The position numbers and the translations under genes are program-made. The notes under the pieces are model-generated. The model did not search any database. It was given only the letters and a program-made list of their open reading frames with translations, and was not told the DNA's origin. From Clostridium sp. AM49-4BH (GTDB lineage: Bacteria; Spirochaetota; Spirochaetia; Sphaerochaetales; Sphaerochaetaceae): a stretch of DNA of 64,000 bases. Below are positions 57,321 to 64,000 of the stretch, one piece after another. The DNA lies in the NCBI GenBank assembly GCA_963626925.1, contig CAVFZO010000151.1, forward strand, positions 1,308 through 65,307. Reading direction: 5' to 3'. Position 1 is the stretch's first letter. Each line of letters starts with the position of its first letter.

Positions 57321-58388
57321 ATGACAAATGCAAAGAAAAGAAAAATCTTCTCGATGGTGTCCGTGCTCTTTCTGGCAGCAGGAGTTATCCTGCTCATGCA
57401 GGAGACGGAGATAAGATGGGCGGGAGTCGCATTCTTCGTCCTGACATTCGTCCTGATGGTGATCAACAGCATAGGGACGATATATTACACGAAGGGAACA
57501 AAGTTCCTGCAGGGCTCGAACCCCGATGTGAATAAGGCTGTCCCTTATTTCGAAAAGGCCGTGAAAAGGACGCTCGATCCCCAGTCGGCGATCATCGCCG
57601 CAACGCTCCTCGTGCAGTACGGCGACATGGAGACGGGAAGAAGAATCCTCGAGGAATATACATCCTCCACGGACAAGAAACTCCAGGGGACTGCAAAGAT
57701 ATCACTGAGTATGTACTGGTGGGTGAAAAGGGACCTCGGGAAGGCACAGGAGATGGTTGAAGACGTCTACAACAACTCCACTTACCGCGACAGGAACCTC
57801 TACATAAACCTCCTCACATTCTATCTCGAGGAAGGAAGATACAAAGAGTTCAAGAAGCTTCTCAGGGATGCAAAGGACAAGGGGCTCAAAATACCTGCCA
57901 CCGTTGATCTCGAGGCCTCGTACTACATGACGCAGTCAGACTGGGCTAAGTGCGGTATGCTGACGCAGACTCTCTTCGAGGACGGAAAGCCGAAGTTCAT
58001 CGACCCCTATCTCCATGAAGCGATGGTGCTTCTCCACTACGGTAAATGGGAGAATGCAGTAAAGGCCCTCAGGGATCTCAAGGAGAACGTGATGTTCACG
58101 AATGCCTCAGTCTATACGGAAGCACAGATCGACACGTTCATCGCTTACATCGAGGACAAGGACACGAGGTGGGGAATGCGTGAGGCAGTGGAGAGCGACC
58201 CCGCACTCCTTGTGCGACGCGAGATGCCCCAGGTCAAAAAAGGGATTGAAATGCCCTCATTCCCGCCTCTTCCCGATTTCACGGCAATACCCGAAGAAAG
58301 CGCCACAGGAGAGAGGGACGAAGGCGACATCGACACATCGCTCACAGCCGACGACGAAGAGTGGCTGAAAAAGCACGGTGAGCAGTGA
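57321..58388 (+). CDS. membrane-anchored TPR-like protein (hypothetical)
   Basis: Two N-terminal TM helices followed by a helical-repeat region; 355 aa. Confidence 0.5.
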   Translation: MTNAKKRKIFSMVSVLFLAAGVILLMQETEIRWAGVAFFVLTFVLMVINSIGTIYYTKGTKFLQGSNPDVNKAVPYFEKAVKRTLDPQSAIIAATLLVQYGDMETGRRILEEYTSSTDKKLQGTAKISLSMYWWVKRDLGKAQEMVEDVYNNSTYRDRNLYINLLTFYLEEGRYKEFKKLLRDAKDKGLKIPATVDLEASYYMTQSDWAKCGMLTQTLFEDGKPKFIDPYLHEAMVLLHYGKWENAVKALRDLKENVMFTNASVYTEAQIDTFIAYIEDKDTRWGMREAVESDPALLVRREMPQVKKGIEMPSFPPLPDFTAIPEESATGERDEGDIDTSLTADDEEWLKKHGEQ

Positions 58389-58416
58389 CAGAGAAAAAAA
58401 GATAGATGGATAGATA

Positions 58417-58446
58417 GAGGAGTGTCCGGCGGGCACTCCTCTTTTA
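58417..58446 (+). terminator. rho-independent terminator between convergent genes
   Basis: GAGGAGTG/CACTCCTC 8-bp stem (58417-58424 / 58434-58441) followed by TTTT. Confidence 0.7.
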
Positions 58447-58480
58447 TCAGAATACAGAAATTGAAGCAGGATATGTTACA

Positions 58481-60484
58481 TCAGAACGACGAAGAGAACA
58501 TCAGCGAGGCAGTCACCTTTTCCTTCCCGTATTCGTATCCTATCCTCAGCGTTGTCGGAAGCTTGATGAGTCCGATGAGGGAGAGCTCCGTCTTGAACTC
58601 GACGCCAGTGGAGAACCTGAAGCCCCTCTCGAGATCCATTAGTCCCGAGAAGTATGCCGCAACGGAGGAGGAATCGAGAAGGAGGAACTCTCCGAATGTG
58701 GGAGATGAGAGGATGTTGACGCCGAAGGTGGCATCTACAAAGAGATTGAAGAGAGAACTTCCGGTTCTGAGAGCCGCCGCTCCGTATTTTGTCTCCTGCG
58801 AAGTGAATCCGTCATTGATGAAGACAGGAACGCTTCCCTCCCCGTCGATACTGAATCTGACCCTGGATCCTGCCGTTATGAATAAAAGCTTCGTAAAGTC
58901 GAATTCAGCTCCGACAGAGGCCTGTACATAACTGCGGGCACTCTTGTTGAAGAAGCTGTCAGATGTCAGAAGATATCCGGCATCTCCGTTAACGGAGACG
59001 ATTTTCCCGTCCTCCCAGCTTCCCTGGACGATGAACGAGAAGACCGTTCCCTGACCCGTTCCGTCATCGTAGTAGTCTTTTGCATATTCAAGCGACTGGC
59101 TGATCGTGAGCGTGAAGCCGTTCTTCTTGACGACGTATGCGTCGATGCTCTCCCTTGCTGCAATGAAGGGAGCGAAGGACGATGACGGCCTCAGGTAGTC
59201 GAAGAAGGCTTCGAGGCTTACTCTCACAGCCGACACAGGATAATACGAGAACTTCGCAGCAAGAGTCGTGAACATTTCGGAGGACCCGAGATTCTGTGAG
59301 TTGCTGCCCAGTCCCGCAAGGAACGACATCTCGAAGGACGAGATGATGAACCTGTACTCGAGTCCCGTCGACATGCTGTTCTTCAGATAGTGAGGCGAGA
59401 ACGAGGAATCGAGTCCCTTGAAGTCGATACCGAGAAGAGAAGCAGAAGATGCTGTCTTGAGGCGTCCGAAGTAGCTCATCGCCGTCTTCATATCTTCAAT
59501 TCTCTCCGTAACAAGCTCGTCGCTTATCTTCTCCTCGCCTTCCCTGTAGAGCGCCTTGAGCTCCTTCTCGTGTAAAGAGGCCGATTCATAGCCGATAGAG
59601 GCCATCTCGTTTGCAGAGGAGAATGCCATGAACGAGAACTTCTCGACGTCGTTGCGGATCCAGATGAGCGAAGAATATTTCTTGAGGTCGCTCGATGCAT
59701 TCTGCCTCTTCCCGATATCGAAGGAGGAGTTGAGGATGGTGACGGGATTGATGAGGTTTATTGTGTCGGCATCATAGAAGGCCGTCGAAAGTATGACGGT
59801 ATCTGTATAGTCGTAGGCAGCATCGATCGGCGCAAGGGAGATGACACCGCCGTCAATGAGAAGATGGCCGTTGTACCTGAAGGGACTGAAGTATACAGGG
59901 AGAGCAAAGGAACCGATGAGGATATCGGAAAAGGAGCCTTCGGTGATTCTCACCTCCCTCTTCGTGACAAGATCGTCACATACCACCATCACCGGAATTT
60001 CCGTATCTTCAAGACGGTAGTCGCTGCCGACAATGTAGTCGATGAGCGCCTTGAAACCGTCTGCACTCAGAAAGCCTCCGTCGGAGGGAAGAGTAAGCGA
60101 GAAATACGACGATATGTCCCCGATGGCGAGCATCTCCTCGATCTGCTCCGGACTCACACCCGCTGCGTAGAGCATGCCGATGATGGAGCCCATGGAGTTC
60201 GAGACAATGAAATCGGGCTTCACGCCGATTTCATCGAGGTACTTCAGTACCCCGATATGAGCACACGCTCTGGCCGATCCGCCTGTGAGCACAAGCCCTA
60301 TGGGGTCCCTTTCCCCTTTTGTGCGTTCAAGGATCCTTTCTCTGAAATTCTCGTCTCCGTAGACGACGCTCACATCGGATATAAGGATCTCCTTCAGGAA
60401 CTCATCATCACTCTCCACTTCAACAGAGAAGAGAAGGAAAGGGAAAAGCAGCAGAACAAGCATCATAGAGAGGATTTTCTTCAT
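58481..60484 (-). CDS. patatin-like phospholipase with a C-terminal beta-barrel-like domain
   Basis: Signal peptide, oxyanion GGSARACAHIG, nucleophile SNSMGS and catalytic IDGG. A ~350-aa C-terminal region has alternating-hydrophobic strands and ends in ...MFSSSF (terminal Phe, as in outer-membrane barrels). Confidence 0.7.
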   Translation of the reverse strand: MKKILSMMLVLLLFPFLLFSVEVESDDEFLKEILISDVSVVYGDENFRERILERTKGERDPIGLVLTGGSARACAHIGVLKYLDEIGVKPDFIVSNSMGSIIGMLYAAGVSPEQIEEMLAIGDISSYFSLTLPSDGGFLSADGFKALIDYIVGSDYRLEDTEIPVMVVCDDLVTKREVRITEGSFSDILIGSFALPVYFSPFRYNGHLLIDGGVISLAPIDAAYDYTDTVILSTAFYDADTINLINPVTILNSSFDIGKRQNASSDLKKYSSLIWIRNDVEKFSFMAFSSANEMASIGYESASLHEKELKALYREGEEKISDELVTERIEDMKTAMSYFGRLKTASSASLLGIDFKGLDSSFSPHYLKNSMSTGLEYRFIISSFEMSFLAGLGSNSQNLGSSEMFTTLAAKFSYYPVSAVRVSLEAFFDYLRPSSSFAPFIAARESIDAYVVKKNGFTLTISQSLEYAKDYYDDGTGQGTVFSFIVQGSWEDGKIVSVNGDAGYLLTSDSFFNKSARSYVQASVGAEFDFTKLLFITAGSRVRFSIDGEGSVPVFINDGFTSQETKYGAAALRTGSSLFNLFVDATFGVNILSSPTFGEFLLLDSSSVAAYFSGLMDLERGFRFSTGVEFKTELSLIGLIKLPTTLRIGYEYGKEKVTASLMFSSSF

Positions 60485-60570
60485 ATCCCTAATAATAATC
60501 TTTCTCTCGAATGGTTACAACTTTCTTCCTTGAACAAATACTTTTCTTTCTGCTAACATTTCCACGTTGC

Positions 60571-60654
60571 GGCGTGATGGCGGAATTGGTAGACGCAGTA
60601 GACTCAAAATCTGCCGGAGGCAACTCCTTGTGGGTTCGATTCCCACTCGCGCTA
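60571..60654 (+). tRNA. tRNA-Leu (anticodon CAA)
   Basis: Hand-folded: acceptor GGCGTGA/TCGCGCT (two G-U pairs), D arm GCG-GAATTGGTAGA-CGC, anticodon stem GTAGA/TCTGC with loop CTCAAAA, a long variable arm, and T arm GTGGG-TTCGATT-CCCAC. Confidence 0.85.
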
Positions 60655-60660
60655 TCCTTT

Positions 60661-60698
60661 AAGACAGGTTTTGATACAATTCAGAATCTGTCTTTTTT
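60661..60698 (+). terminator. hairpin plus T-tract after tRNA-Leu
   Basis: AAGACAG (60661-60667) pairs with CTGTCTT (60688-60694), followed by TTTT. The 20-nt loop is long for a terminator. Confidence 0.45.
60662..60686. repeat. direct repeat, left copy (att-like) bounding the islet
   Basis: AGACAGGTTTTGATACAATTCAGAA matches 63530-63554 (AGACAGGATTTGACACAATTCAGAA) at 23 of 25 positions. Both copies are followed by a T-rich tail. Confidence 0.8.
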
Positions 60699-60793
60699 AT
60701 GACATTGTTCACCAAGTATATAATTGAGAGGGAGAGGTACAAAATGTTAACATATTTGTTGACATTTCAGCACCGTTACATTAAGTTTTGAGT

Positions 60794-60903
60794 GTAGGAT
60801 TTTATATCACTATACACCTCGGAGGTAGTGAGTATTGCACTTAAATGTTATCTGTTAACATCACCCTCCTTGGGGAAGCCACCAAAACGGTGGTTCTTTT
60901 TTT
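60794..60903 (+). ncRNA. candidate small RNA or cis-regulatory leader upstream of the DUF3800-like gene
   Basis: Promoter-like TTGACA (60759-60764), 17-nt spacer, TAAGTT (60782-60787). About 110 nt downstream is a terminator-like hairpin GAA(G)CCACC-AAAAC-GGTGGTTC plus 7 T (60875-60903). An internal long hairpin is GGAGG(TA)GTGA...TCAC(C)CTCC. Confidence 0.3.
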
Positions 60904-60914
60904 GAGGGAGATTG

Positions 60915-61604
60915 ATGATGCATCCTGTAGTTTATGTCTATTCCGATGAATCCGGGGTGTTCGATAAATTCCACAAAGATTACTTCGTCTATGCCGGCAT
61001 AGCAGTAATCGGACAGGACAATGCATCAATACTCACAAGGTCTTATCTGAATGCTGAAAAAAATCTTCGTAAATCATGCAAATATAAAGAACTACCGGAG
61101 CTGAAGGCATCAAAGCTCGAGAATGATGCCAAAAGAAAACTGTATAGAATAATCAAGGACTGCTACAAATTCATCGTTGTTGTAAGATTGAAAAAATTGC
61201 AGGATGAACGATTCTGCAACCGACTTTCACAACAGCGGTACCTGGACTATGCGTATAAGAGGGGACTTAAAAATCTTCTTCGGAATATGGCCAAAAACGG
61301 AGAACTAGATCTTTCTCAAGAGTTTGAAATCAGATGCTACATAGACGAGCACAACATTGCGACTAACGGCAGATACGACTTAGCCAACTCCATTTATACA
61401 GAATTCAAGAGAGGGTTGTATCTTCCGAACTTTGAAATAAAACCAATCGCAACTGGGCTATGGGACGTATCAACTACCTATTGCAACTCTGAAACAAACA
61501 CGCTTGTCAGAGCTTCAGATATACTGGCAAACAGAGCTTTATTTGAAGCCAAGAATGGATCAACACTACAAGATAGCCATACCTCGGTACTTACACTTCC
61601 GTAG
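60915..61604 (+). CDS. DUF3800-like protein
   Basis: N-terminal VYVYSDESGVFD motif (the Y.DESG pattern I associate with DUF3800). ~229 aa, AT-rich, SD GAGGGAG just upstream. Confidence 0.55.
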   Translation: MMHPVVYVYSDESGVFDKFHKDYFVYAGIAVIGQDNASILTRSYLNAEKNLRKSCKYKELPELKASKLENDAKRKLYRIIKDCYKFIVVVRLKKLQDERFCNRLSQQRYLDYAYKRGLKNLLRNMAKNGELDLSQEFEIRCYIDEHNIATNGRYDLANSIYTEFKRGLYLPNFEIKPIATGLWDVSTTYCNSETNTLVRASDILANRALFEAKNGSTLQDSHTSVLTLP

Positions 61605-61890
61605 CATTTTATACATGTCTCAGAATTTCACATCCCGGCAAAAACTATAGCAACGCTGAACACACAGAGTATGTATCTGTGTTTCATGCTAGGCTCATCA
61701 TTCTATTATTAGACGCATATCTCTAAAGTACAAAAGTCAAAGTAATGTCCTCTCGAATACTACTTCACCCTGCGCTTCATTAAGGGAGGTGATAATGCAC
61801 CTATCAGAGACCAGATGACACGGCAGTGCCAGTATGAAAGCTCTCTATATTTCCTCGATATGATGATACCACACTGATCGATACAAGTAT

Positions 61891-62199
61891 TTAAACAGTA
61901 CTGTAACTATAAGGTTTAATTGAAGAAATCTCACTTTTAAGACGCGTCTTCAGCTCTCTTATATCAAGATCGTTCTGCAGGTTAAGAAAATACCTGTCTG
62001 AGACGCCGAAATAGCGTGCAAGTCTTATGGAAGTATCGGGGGTAATCTTACGTCCGCTGTTAAGGATAGCCTGAATCCTGGACACAGGAACATGTATATC
62101 ATGTGCAAGTTTATAGGATGAGAGATTCATCGGAACCATGAACTCTTCTTTCAAAATCTCACCCATTGTCGGTGCTTCAATGTAATCGTTCATACCCAT
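61891..62199 (-). CDS. higA: HigA-family antitoxin (XRE HTH)
   Basis: GEILKEEFMVPMNLSSYKLAHDIHVPVSRIQAILNSGRKITPDTSIRLARYFG is the HigA/VapI pattern. I chose the ATG at 62199 behind GAGGAG. Confidence 0.8.
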   Translation of the reverse strand: MGMNDYIEAPTMGEILKEEFMVPMNLSSYKLAHDIHVPVSRIQAILNSGRKITPDTSIRLARYFGVSDRYFLNLQNDLDIRELKTRLKSEISSIKPYSYSTV

Positions 62200-62210
62200 C
62201 TCCTCTTCTG

Positions 62211-62345
62211 TCAATGATAATCAACAATCTCAACACAGTGAAAATCATTCTTCTCTTCAAGAGTAAAACCTACTCTCCACATCATTTATGCATTTGAAGA
62301 TTCAAGCATTTTCATGCTTTCTCCCTTCAATTTTATCCTCTTCTG
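62211..62345 (-). pseudogene. decayed HigB (RelE/ParE-fold killer) remnant
   Basis: Hand translation of the minus strand gives ...KLKGESMKMLESSNA*MMWRVGFTLEEKNDFHCVEIVDYH*. The C-terminal WR..F....D....V.IVDYH is the HigB signature, but there is an internal TAA at 62286-62288 and no N-terminal half. Confidence 0.6.
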
Positions 62346-62371
62346 GTTTTCATAAAGAAGAACTCCCTTCC

Positions 62372-62584
62372 TTACCGCATTCTCACAACCTTGATATCAC
62401 AATCGAGAGTTCTGACAACCTTCATGAGGGTGTCGAGCTGAGGTGAGGCTTTCTTACTCTCCAAGTGTGCTATGCCAGACTGCGTCAGAGAACAGGAAGA
62501 CGCAAGCTCGGTTTGAGTCATTCCCTTTTTATGTCTCTCTTCAATGATGGCATCTATTACACGGGAGGAAGCCTCAGTTGTCAT
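62372..62584 (-). CDS. XRE-family HTH transcriptional regulator (70 aa)
   Basis: KKGMTQTELASSCSLTQSGIAHLESKKASPQLDTLMKVV. Its start overlaps the stop of the upstream precursor-peptide gene by 11 nt. Confidence 0.8.
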   Translation of the reverse strand: MTTEASSRVIDAIIEERHKKGMTQTELASSCSLTQSGIAHLESKKASPQLDTLMKVVRTLDCDIKVVRMR

Positions 62585-62930
62585 ATCTTTGAGGACAGTA
62601 GCAAAGAAACAAACCTTCTCTTTTTAAGTATTTACAGTGCATGCAAAATCTTTTGCGTCCATTGGGATCGTCAGGTTCAAAGTATGCACAATGGTTAAAG
62701 TCTGTAACAACTGGTCTCTTGTCTTTGTAGATTGTCCCACATTTCCCGCCACCGGACACATTGTCCAGTTCATCATCTGTAAGCTCACCTTCCTTGGCAT
62801 TGAGCTTAGCAAAATATGTCTTTGCTTCTTCATCTGTCAGCTCGAAGCCGTTTTCCCTTGCAATAGCAACAAGTTCTTCAGCTGTTTTTGCATTCTTTGC
62901 TTTTTCAAGTATTTTTTCGTTAAGTTCCAT
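62574..62930 (-). CDS. Nif11-type leader / double-glycine precursor peptide with a Cys-rich 56-aa core (copy 1)
   Basis: The leader MELNEKILEKAKNAKTAEELVAIARENGFELTDEEAKTYFAKLN...ELTDDELDNVSGG resembles Nif11/N11P leaders. The core is KCGTIYKDKRPVVTDFNHCAYFEPDDPNGRKRFCMHCKYLKREGLFLCYCPQRYDN (6 Cys). SD AAGGAAG lies upstream. Confidence 0.75.
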   Translation of the reverse strand: MELNEKILEKAKNAKTAEELVAIARENGFELTDEEAKTYFAKLNAKEGELTDDELDNVSGGGKCGTIYKDKRPVVTDFNHCAYFEPDDPNGRKRFCMHCKYLKREGLFLCYCPQRYDN

Positions 62931-62971
62931 ATCTTTACTTCCTTATTTTGAATCTGCTCAGAATGTCAGAT

Positions 62972-63328
62972 TCAGTTCTCGTATCTCTCGGGGCAGTCGC
63001 AAACATACATCCCGTCATACCCCTTGTACTTGCAAGTACCACAAATCTCCCAGTCGACTCCCTCTTTCCAAACTTCAAAGTAATCACAGCAGTTGAAAAA
63101 GGTAATAACCGGTTTCCCGTTTTTGTAGGTTGTTCCGCATTTTTTGCCACCGGCAACATTGTCGAGTTCATCATCAGCAAGTTCGCCACCTTTTGAATTG
63201 AGCTGAGCAAAATAGTTTTTTGCTTCTTCCTCTGTAAGCTCGAAGCCGTTTTCCTTTGCCAAAGAGTAAAGTTCTTCAGCTGTTTTTGCTTCTTTTGCTT
63301 TTTCAATCAGTTTCTCATTAAGTTTCAT
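62972..63328 (-). CDS. Nif11-type leader / double-glycine precursor peptide with a Cys-rich 56-aa core (copy 2)
   Basis: The leader is 46/62 identical to copy 1 and ends in ...ELADDELDNVAGG. The core is KCGTTYKNGKPVITFFNCCDYFEVWKEGVDWEICGTCKYKGYDGMYVCDCPERYEN (7 Cys, 6 aligned with copy 1). The SD context is identical. Confidence 0.75.
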   Translation of the reverse strand: MKLNEKLIEKAKEAKTAEELYSLAKENGFELTEEEAKNYFAQLNSKGGELADDELDNVAGGKKCGTTYKNGKPVITFFNCCDYFEVWKEGVDWEICGTCKYKGYDGMYVCDCPERYEN

Positions 63329-63529
63329 ATTCTTACTTCCTTATTTAAGATTTTACTTTATATATACGTGCGGATTTGGATTTTGTTAGGAGGAAAAAAA
63401 TCATTTTTATACACATCTTCCATCAGAAACAATTCTGATTCGCCACTCTGTCCGACACATCTACCTCTATTCCCCCCTAACCTTCGCTAAGTTATACTGT
63501 ATCAAAAACTAATGGTGAACATAAGAAAG

Positions 63530-63554
63530 AGACAGGATTTGACACAATTCAGAA
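63530..63554. repeat. direct repeat, right copy (att-like) bounding the islet
   Basis: AGACAGGATTTGACACAATTCAGAA matches 60662-60686 at 23/25 positions. It lies immediately 3' of the TetR-like gene's stop (63565-63567). Confidence 0.8.
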
Positions 63555-63564
63555 CCCTTTTTTC

Positions 63565-64000
63565 TCAGCATGGGTTGTCGATTATCGGGATACCGGCCTT
63601 TGAGGAGAACATCTTGCTGACCTCCAGGGGGATATCGAAAAGGGTGCAGTCAAGGTGGCCGTTGAACCATTCCTGGTAGAGTGTGGTCAGCCCGCCGGCA
63701 AAGTAGCATGCCCTGATTCTGAACGCCTTGGAGGATCTCACATCCTGGGGGATTGACTGGTCCTTCTCAAGATAGTCCACAAAGAGATTCATCAGCTTTT
63801 CAAGAAAGAGATTGCTCCCGGGAGTCTTGATCAGCGTCCTGTATGTCTCTATGTCCTCATTGAGGATGATACTCACCTGCAAAAGAAGAGGAGATGGGTT
63901 AGAAAAGAAGTTATCAGCCTTGAAATCCTTGAGAATGGCCATGAGCTTGTCTATTACCTCATTCTCTATCTCCTCCGAGAGATCTCTGAGGCAGGAGTAA
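63565..64000 (-). CDS. TetR/AcrR-family regulator, C-terminal part (partial; continues beyond the window)
   Basis: The reading frame stays open upstream of the first Met to the window edge. The C-terminal helical domain (ACYFAGGLTTLYQEWFNGHL) resembles DhaS-like TetR C-terminal domains. The N-terminal HTH is not in the window. Confidence 0.45.
   Translation of the reverse strand, partial: YSCLRDLSEEIENEVIDKLMAILKDFKADNFFSNPSPLLLQVSIILNEDIETYRTLIKTPGSNLFLEKLMNLFVDYLEKDQSIPQDVRSSKAFRIRACYFAGGLTTLYQEWFNGHLDCTLFDIPLEVSKMFSSKAGIPIIDNPC

Noticed and set aside
61628-61687. 19-codon hydrophobic minus-strand ORF (MKHRYILCVFSVAIVFAGM) in the islet, considered as a type I toxin or signal-peptide remnant
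   Set aside because: It has no convincing SD and no partner antisense RNA features that I can see. It is too short to separate from chance.
1-64000. Search for CRISPR arrays, rRNA, IS elements, integrases and long tandem repeats
   Set aside because: By eye I found no regularly spaced direct repeats, no rRNA-like stretches, and no transposase or integrase motifs in any listed ORF. Only short simple repeats occur, for example the GAGAGGGAG runs inside the helicase tail-coding region.

Overview
This is a 64-kb chromosomal window densely coded on both strands. I recognised no rRNA, CRISPR array, transposase or integrase. Hand counts on 60-nt samples give about 50-57% GC in the background. All family calls come from motif recognition in the supplied translations, because no searches were run. 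The taxon cannot be fixed from the window; a host-associated anaerobe such as a spirochaete is only a guess. Housekeeping blocks: tsaE-tsaB-trxB; glgA-glgC; a Crp/Fnr regulator; a TPP riboswitch with a thiBPQ-type importer; a heterodimeric ABC exporter pair; a DUF1538-like membrane protein with a fused double P-II protein; a LacI regulator, GlpQ, a MATE transporter and an ALDH; tRNA-Val(GAC); an OmpR/HK pair; a HAD/TVP38/D-aminoacylase block; a translationally coupled glycoconjugate cluster (GT4, Wzx-like, O-antigen-ligase-like, MMPL/RND exporter, GT2, GT28-like, esterase, nucleoside hydrolase); a DEAD-box helicase; cls and queH; a patatin protein with a beta-barrel-like tail; and tRNA-Leu(CAA). 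There are three accessory patches. (1) A roughly 2.9-kb AT-rich islet lies directly after tRNA-Leu and is bounded by a 25-bp imperfect direct repeat. It carries a DUF3800-like gene, HigA with a decayed HigB, a small XRE regulator, and two tandem 118-aa Nif11-type double-glycine-leader precursors with Cys-rich ~55-aa cores. No maturase or exporter for these precursors is in view, and this is the top candidate for something new. (2) An XRE-HTH::DUF3990 protein has a PARP-like HGS...GxGFY signature and overlaps a 140-aa partner gene. (3) A very AT-rich AbiEi plus truncated AbiEii remnant abuts thiQ, next to a Y-family polymerase/YolD-like cassette. The window also holds a LacI-family pseudogene and an HTH protein with a degenerate Fic-like motif.
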